Assembly (NCBI GenBank): GCA_050293845.1
Contig: JBNKNM010000071.1
Location: 1 to 24,847, forward strand
From: Pseudobacteriovorax sp.
Lineage (GTDB): Bacteria > Bdellovibrionota_B > Oligoflexia > Oligoflexales > Oligoflexaceae
Length of the DNA: 24,847 bases
Direction of reading: 5' to 3'
A program made the position numbers and the translations under genes. The stretch's first letter is position 1; every line of letters starts with the position of its first letter. The notes under the pieces were generated by a model that ran no database searches, was not told the origin of the DNA, and saw only the letters and a program-made list of their open reading frames with translations. Positions 19,213 through 24,847 of this stretch are shown one piece after another.

Positions 19213-20976
19213 ATGCAGCCCATTGAACAGCTTATGAATACTCTCACCGACTCTCCTTTTGATGCTATCTTGATTCCTGGAACTGATCCTCACCAAAGTG
19301 AGTATCCACCTTCCCAATGGCAGCTCAGATCCCACTTCACTGGTTTTACAGGTTCTACTGGCCATATCATATGCACACGCCAAAGAGCACTATTAACGAC
19401 CGACTCTCGCTACGCGATTCAGGTAAAGCAGGAAATTAAATCTTCCGTGATAGACAGCCTAGTGATTCCAAAAAACGAAAGCTTTATGGCTGAAATATCT
19501 TGGGCTCAAAACCAAACTGGTGGACTAAAAAACTTAGCTGTCGACCCGCGCCTCTTTACCATCACTCAGTTTAAGCAAATTTCAGAAATAGCATCCCAGC
19601 TCGATTTTAAGCTAGAATTTATTAATGATACTATTATCAATAAAGCATGGCCGGATAGACCCTCAAGAGCTTTAACCCCCATTAAGCTCCGTAACTGTAA
19701 TATAGATTCTAATAGTCGCGAACAAAAAATAGAATTGATTCAAAAATTTTTGCATGAACATGCGGCTGACTTTCATATCATTTCTGACTTGGAATCGATC
19801 GCCAGAACACTCAATTTTATCGGTTTTGATGGTGGAGCCGATTTACTGGCAGTCTGTTATCTCATAGTAGATAGAAAACGAGCGACTTTGTATATAGACC
19901 AGGAAAAAGTAGAGGGCATAGACCTAGGTTCATTGGTAGATATTAGATATTACGACAGGTTCGCTCAAGACTTAAAAATCCAGTCAAAGAATAAGACTGT
20001 CATTATTGATGCTAGGGATACCACCATTTTTGTTAAAAATGAAATTGATTCATCCGCTAACATAATTATCGAACGCAGCCCTACTCTCGACATTAAACAA
20101 GTTAAAACAGCCCATGAAATAGAGCATATGGCAGATACTCATATTAGCGATGCCATAGCTCTAGCTGAAGCTTTTAGCAAATTATATGCAATTTTAGAGT
20201 CCTCTAGCATATCTGAATATGAAATTGGAGAACTGCTTGATTCTGAAAGAGCCAAGCGTCCAGGATTCATAAAAAATAGTTTCCCTCCCATTGTCGGTTA
20301 CCAAGGAAATGGTGCCATTGTTCATTACCGCGCCGCTCAAAACCAGTGTGCCCCAGTTCAAGCTAAGGGGATTATTCTAATTGATTCAGGTGGGCATTAT
20401 GAAACAGGTACAACTGATATCACACGAACCTTAGCTTTAGGAGATGTCACTGATGATATGATCAGACACTATACTCAAGTATTAAAGGGCCATATTAATA
20501 TTAACCGCGCTATTTTCCCTGTTGGCACCTACCCTTCCCATATTGAGCTGCTTGCGAGGTTTCCTCTGTTATCTCAAGGGGAGAACTACGGTCATGGCAC
20601 CGGCCATGGAGTTGGATTTGGTACCGCCGTACATGAATCATCTGAAGCAGGTCTCAGCCAGTTTAATACAACACCATTCCAAGAAGGGTGGGTTATTTCT
20701 AATGAACCTGGATTTTACCGTGAGGGCCAGTACGGAATACGTATTGAAAATTTAGTGGCAGTCACATCGGTTGGTGAAGGTTTACTAGGTTTTAGGCAGC
20801 TTACTATGTTTCCTTATGAAACAGCACTGATTGACCGTGCCAAACTTAGTAATGATGAGCTTACATGGATAAACCAATATCATGAAAACGTATATGCAGC
20901 TTTACATAGTCAGACTTCCGAGTCGGCTAAGATGTGGCTAGAGGAGCGCTGTCGCCCATTACCCTTACATCAGTAA
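19213..20976 (+). CDS. Aminopeptidase P family (M24B, Xaa-Pro aminopeptidase)
   Basis: DPHQSEY, FTGFTGS, DSGGHY..GTTDITRT, HGTGHGVG, VHE, SNEPGFY, GIRIEN. Confidence 0.95.
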   Translation: MQPIEQLMNTLTDSPFDAILIPGTDPHQSEYPPSQWQLRSHFTGFTGSTGHIICTRQRALLTTDSRYAIQVKQEIKSSVIDSLVIPKNESFMAEISWAQNQTGGLKNLAVDPRLFTITQFKQISEIASQLDFKLEFINDTIINKAWPDRPSRALTPIKLRNCNIDSNSREQKIELIQKFLHEHAADFHIISDLESIARTLNFIGFDGGADLLAVCYLIVDRKRATLYIDQEKVEGIDLGSLVDIRYYDRFAQDLKIQSKNKTVIIDARDTTIFVKNEIDSSANIIIERSPTLDIKQVKTAHEIEHMADTHISDAIALAEAFSKLYAILESSSISEYEIGELLDSERAKRPGFIKNSFPPIVGYQGNGAIVHYRAAQNQCAPVQAKGIILIDSGGHYETGTTDITRTLALGDVTDDMIRHYTQVLKGHININRAIFPVGTYPSHIELLARFPLLSQGENYGHGTGHGVGFGTAVHESSEAGLSQFNTTPFQEGWVISNEPGFYREGQYGIRIENLVAVTSVGEGLLGFRQLTMFPYETALIDRAKLSNDELTWINQYHENVYAALHSQTSESAKMWLEERCRPLPLHQ

Positions 20977-21065
20977 TATTTGTTATTTACGGAATGGACA
21001 CCATGTGTGAAAATTCCACCACGACTACAAAAACTTTATCTATTATAAGTAGTAGGTGTGGACAG

Positions 21066-22013
21066 ATGTCAATAACTGAGGTAACGGGTGCCAATAACGA
21101 TGAGAATAAAACTTTATTTGCTGGTATAGAAGCAGGAGGGACAAAGTTTAACTGCGTTCTAGGCTACTCACCTATAAATATTGTAGCAAGGAAAACTGTC
21201 CCTACCACAACTCCAGAAGAAACCTTTACCCAAATACGCAGTTTTTTTGAGGAACAGGAGAATAGACTTGGGCCCATCCGTTCCATGGGTATCGCCAGTT
21301 TCGGCCCTTTAGACTTACATAAAAAATCGCCAACATATGGGTCTATTACCGCCACGCCCAAACCCACTTGGAACCATGTCAATGTATTAAAAATACTAAA
21401 GGACTTCCGCAATATTCCTATGGGTTTTGATACTGATGTAAACGGAGCCGCTTTAGGTGAATGGCACTATGGAGTCGCTCAAGGTTTGCAGAACTTCGTA
21501 TATGTCACAATTGGCACAGGGATTGGTGCTGGTGTATATGCTAATGGCCAGCCTGTTAACGGTAGTATGCATCTCGAGGTGGGACATATGCTAGTACCCA
21601 TAGCCCCAGAGCACCGCAGCTCTAAGTCCGTTTGTCCTTTTCATGATAACTGTCTTTCGGCTGTGGCCTCAGGCATCGCTATTGAAAACTTATGGAAAAC
21701 TAGTGCTAAAGATCTCCCCGTGGAACACCCGGCATGGGACGTTGAGGCTCACTATCTTGCTGTCATGTGTACGAACCTATATATGCTTTATTGCCCTGAA
21801 CGAATCATACTCGGGGGCGGAGTGATGCAACAAAATCAATTATTTTCCAAGACAAGAGTGGAATTCATGCGCTTACTAGCAGGATATATGTTTCCCAAAA
21901 TGAGTACAGAAGATCTGATTGTGGCTCCAGGAAGGCCTAGTGAATCCGGTGAAATAGGAGCTATGATCCTTGCCGAACAGGCTTGGAAGCATGATAAGAA
22001 CCACACTTCCTAA
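21066..22013 (+). CDS. ROK family sugar kinase (fructokinase-like)
   Basis: GIEAGGTKF, GIASFGPLDL, GSITATPK, DTDVNGAALGE, TIGTGIG, EVGH...CPFH..C; likely ATG at 21066 after AGGTG rather than 20934. Confidence 0.92.
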   Translation: MSITEVTGANNDENKTLFAGIEAGGTKFNCVLGYSPINIVARKTVPTTTPEETFTQIRSFFEEQENRLGPIRSMGIASFGPLDLHKKSPTYGSITATPKPTWNHVNVLKILKDFRNIPMGFDTDVNGAALGEWHYGVAQGLQNFVYVTIGTGIGAGVYANGQPVNGSMHLEVGHMLVPIAPEHRSSKSVCPFHDNCLSAVASGIAIENLWKTSAKDLPVEHPAWDVEAHYLAVMCTNLYMLYCPERIILGGGVMQQNQLFSKTRVEFMRLLAGYMFPKMSTEDLIVAPGRPSESGEIGAMILAEQAWKHDKNHTS

Positions 22014-22283
22014 TATTTATTGTTCCCGACGCGCTCTTTACACCACCTCGGACAAGCTGATACCAGCCAAGAAGCTGGCTCTAATGGGATGAATCCACCT
22101 CAAAAGTCACGAAGGGGTATTATGAGCCTTGCTTCAACTCTAGTCGTAGGGTCAGGAAACTGCTTAAAGCCATATCGTATAGGTAGGTCAAAAGCTATAT
22201 CCATCCTCGTAATTTTTAAGCACTCAAGGTCAAACTCAAAATTAAACCCGACCATCTTATTGAGTGATCCCTGTGAGATATGT

Positions 22284-23384
22284 TTATTCTTTCAATATGG
22301 CATCAGCTTCAACTTCAATTAGCATTTCAGGATCAATCAGTGCTTTAACCTCGACCATTGTCGTAGCAGGAGGGTGCGCTGAAAAATATTCATTATGGGC
22401 CTGACCAAACTGTTTCCAAAGGCTAATATCTGTCACAAACATTCTTGTGCGAACAACATTTGACAAATCAGCACCAAGTTCAGTCAAAGCTTTCTTGATG
22501 AGTTCAAAACAGCGACATGCTTGCCTATATCCATCATTAGGTGCAAAGGTGGAACCATCATCAGTGACAGGTGCTGTTCCTGTCACGAAAATCTGATTTC
22601 CAGATTTTATCGCTCGACAATAACCAACTTTAGATTCCCAAGGTGTGTTAGTGAACGTTCTGGATGTGTGTGGATGAATTGGTGAAATGGGATTCAAGAA
22701 TGTTACTTTGAGTGGTTCTTCTTTTGCGTCATTTCCATCCTTTGTAACAACATACGCTTTTACATCTTTTACTGAGGAAACAACATTCTTTATTTCGCCA
22801 TCAATATAATGTATAGCAGCACCATCGTCTGCAGCCACTGCAGAGACAATATCTCCATTAACAATCATCTTTTCCAAAGTAGGCCGTCTTTTCGATTCGC
22901 CATCATAGTGTGGGCAGTTGGTTCCTTCTAATATTGATAAACATTTAAGTAGGGAAAGCTTCCCTGGAATCGAGTCTGTAATACCTTGGTCAAACCAACA
23001 GATTGAACCAGCACTAATTCCAGATAAAACAATTCCTTTCTGATATGCCGCTTCTAAAATCCTATCTACACCCCATTCTCGCCATATAGCAAGCATGCTC
23101 TTGGTGTTCCCCCCACCGACGAAAATAGCATGTTGATGGAGTAAGAATGACTCAATATCAGCAGTGAAAGGTTTAAACAGAGATAAATGTGATGGTCTAC
23201 ATTTCAGCTTCTTGTAGGCGTTATAGAATTTATCGATATATGATTGAGCATCACCACTTGCAGTACCAAGAAAGCAAATTCTAGGTCTTGAATTGTTACA
23301 TTGATCAAGAATATATTGGTCAAGAGCTAGGTTTGCTTCCATTGAAAAGCCGCCACCACCAATTGCAATAATTTGTTTCTTCAT
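22284..23384 (-). CDS. Peptidase E (S51) - Rid (YjgF/UK114) family fusion protein
   Basis: Residues 1 to about 230: IIAIGGGGFS, TASGD, VGGGNT, GISAG (Ser), CPHYD (His). Residues about 240-366: PWESKVGYCRA, VTGTA, VVRTRMFVTDI, PATTMVEV..LIDPEMLIEVEADA. Single ORF; GAGGG RBS. Confidence 0.92.
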   Translation of the reverse strand: MKKQIIAIGGGGFSMEANLALDQYILDQCNNSRPRICFLGTASGDAQSYIDKFYNAYKKLKCRPSHLSLFKPFTADIESFLLHQHAIFVGGGNTKSMLAIWREWGVDRILEAAYQKGIVLSGISAGSICWFDQGITDSIPGKLSLLKCLSILEGTNCPHYDGESKRRPTLEKMIVNGDIVSAVAADDGAAIHYIDGEIKNVVSSVKDVKAYVVTKDGNDAKEEPLKVTFLNPISPIHPHTSRTFTNTPWESKVGYCRAIKSGNQIFVTGTAPVTDDGSTFAPNDGYRQACRCFELIKKALTELGADLSNVVRTRMFVTDISLWKQFGQAHNEYFSAHPPATTMVEVKALIDPEMLIEVEADAILKE

Positions 23385-23528
23385 TTCACCCTCAACAGAT
23401 TCAGATTTTTAGCCATCTGTAAGGATTTGCTTTTATATTTTGACACCTATTTTGTCAATGCAAACCCAAGCAAACTATTCCCACTGCTTATCGACTAGAG
23501 TTCTTTCCAGTTCGAAAACTCTTAAAAC

Positions 23529-23571
23529 GTTACTTTCGGCATTTGGCGTTTTTCCAAATGCCGAAAGTAAC
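23529..23571. repeat. Perfect 18-bp inverted repeat with 7-nt loop
   Basis: GTTACTTTCGGCATTTGG-CGTTTTT-CCAAATGCCGAAAGTAAC. Confidence 0.95.
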
Positions 23572-23962
23572 TTTCTATGCTCCTCAGCTTCGGAAGCATC
23601 AATCAGAAAAGCCCCTACTCTTTCAGGCCCTTCTTCCCAGTACTGAGTCATGATGTATTAGGCAAAAGCATTGTAGCCAGAGTGATCACTATCAATTGCT
23701 CCACAAACATTGCTGAAGCATATGGAATTGTTTTGAATGACATCACATGGATTTATCCTACAAGACATCACTATTTATGCAAGAATGACTTACAATAACT
23801 TTTTCTGCCAAATGTATAAAGCACCGTTATGATAAAACCCTGATAGCATATGTTTCACTTTAATTTATAATCAACGTTTTATGTGAGTTCAGTTTCATTT
23901 TGGAGTAATATACTCTTTTGTTGGCTGAATTTATGAATTAGTAGTTGATAGGAGTAGCGGAT

Positions 23963-24541
23963 TTGAAAAATATATTAATTATAGATGGCCACCCCCATGA
24001 TGAAAGTTTTTGCAAGTCCCTTGCTGATAGCTATGAAAAAACAGCTCGACTGTCAAAGTGTCAAGTACATAGGATAAATTTAAGAGAATTGAAATTCGAT
24101 TTGAATCTAAGATCGGGCTATAGTCAAATACAAGACTTGGAACCTGACTTGCTGAATGCCCAAGAAGCCATTAAAAAATGTGATCACCTTACATTAGTGT
24201 ATCCTGTTTGGTGGGGAAGCATGCCAGCATTATTAAAAGGATTTTTTGATCGGACTTTGTTGCCAGGTTTTGCTTTTAAATATCACGATCAAGATCCTTA
24301 CTGGGATAAGCTTCTCGCGGGACGAAGTGCTAGAATCATTATAAGCTCAGATGCTCCCTCTATTTATAACCTCATTGCATACCACAATGCACCATACGTA
24401 ACAGTTAAAAAGTGTATTTTTAGCTTTTGCGGCTTTAAACCTGTAAAAGTCACTAAAATAGGAGGAGTTAAATATATGAGTGCAGCAAAGAGAATTCAGG
24501 CACTTGAAAAAGTTGCCCGATTGCCCTCAAAGGATCTCTGA
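23963..24541 (+). CDS. NAD(P)H-dependent oxidoreductase, flavodoxin-like fold (quinone reductase, MdaB/KefF-like)
   Basis: ILIIDGHP..SFC, YPVWWGSMPALLKGFFDR..PGFAF, LLAGRSAR; likely TTG start at 23963 after AGGAG. Confidence 0.93.
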   Translation: MKNILIIDGHPHDESFCKSLADSYEKTARLSKCQVHRINLRELKFDLNLRSGYSQIQDLEPDLLNAQEAIKKCDHLTLVYPVWWGSMPALLKGFFDRTLLPGFAFKYHDQDPYWDKLLAGRSARIIISSDAPSIYNLIAYHNAPYVTVKKCIFSFCGFKPVKVTKIGGVKYMSAAKRIQALEKVARLPSKDL

Positions 24542-24847
24542 GGAGTACTTTGAAGGGTTCCGTCGCAAAGTTTTATCAAGCTAAAGCGATAGCCCCATTG
24601 GACACAGTTATACAGTGATCGCCACAAAGCGCTCCGAGGGAGTCTGTCCCAGGGGAACGGAAAGTTTTTTTGAATATAGGAATTACAGCCACTAATTCGT
24701 GGTCTCACTCAACATCAATTTTTTGAATTATCTATTTCAAACCTAGATATTTGAGTTCCTTTCCTGTATTTAGAATACATAGTCTTGTTTCTTCAGAAAT
24801 GTTTTTCACTCTTTTTAAACGAAAAAGATTTAGGGCTAAATTTCTAA

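Noticed and set aside
20934..21065. N-terminal extension of the ROK kinase overlapping aminopeptidase P
   Set aside because: ROK homology starts after 21066, where an ATG with a plausible RBS exists.

Overview
AT-rich (roughly 40% GC by eye) chromosomal window from a Gram-negative bacterium, judged from its lipoproteins, a c-type cytochrome lipoprotein and a beta-barrel protein. It is an accessory region, with intact stand-alone enzyme genes scattered among many decayed gene fragments and IS remnants. Intact genes: SDR oxidoreductase, secreted GH16 beta-glucanase, secreted HSL-type esterase, phosphinothricin/ArsN1-type GNAT, secreted GH5 endoglucanase, iodotyrosine-deiodinase-like nitroreductase, atypical alpha/beta hydrolase, aminopeptidase P, ROK fructokinase, a peptidase E-Rid fusion, a flavodoxin-fold quinone reductase, and several hypothetical lipoproteins, secreted or membrane proteins. 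Broken elements found by reading across stops and frameshifts: an M32 carboxypeptidase cut by an IS630-like end, a ricin-B/CBM13 remnant, a GH43 C-terminal + CBM60 remnant, a P460-like lipoprotein remnant, a DUF2200 pseudogene, and IS91, IS66 and IS481-like fragments. The best leads are the in-frame PepE-Rid6-type fusion with a perfect 18-bp hairpin upstream, a 128-bp diverged duplication bracketing a 72-nt pure pyrimidine tract, and CBM-free glycoside hydrolases retained while CBM-bearing genes decay. I saw no CRISPR array, rRNA, tRNA or complete multi-gene defence system. All family calls come from motif recognition by eye, not from database searches.
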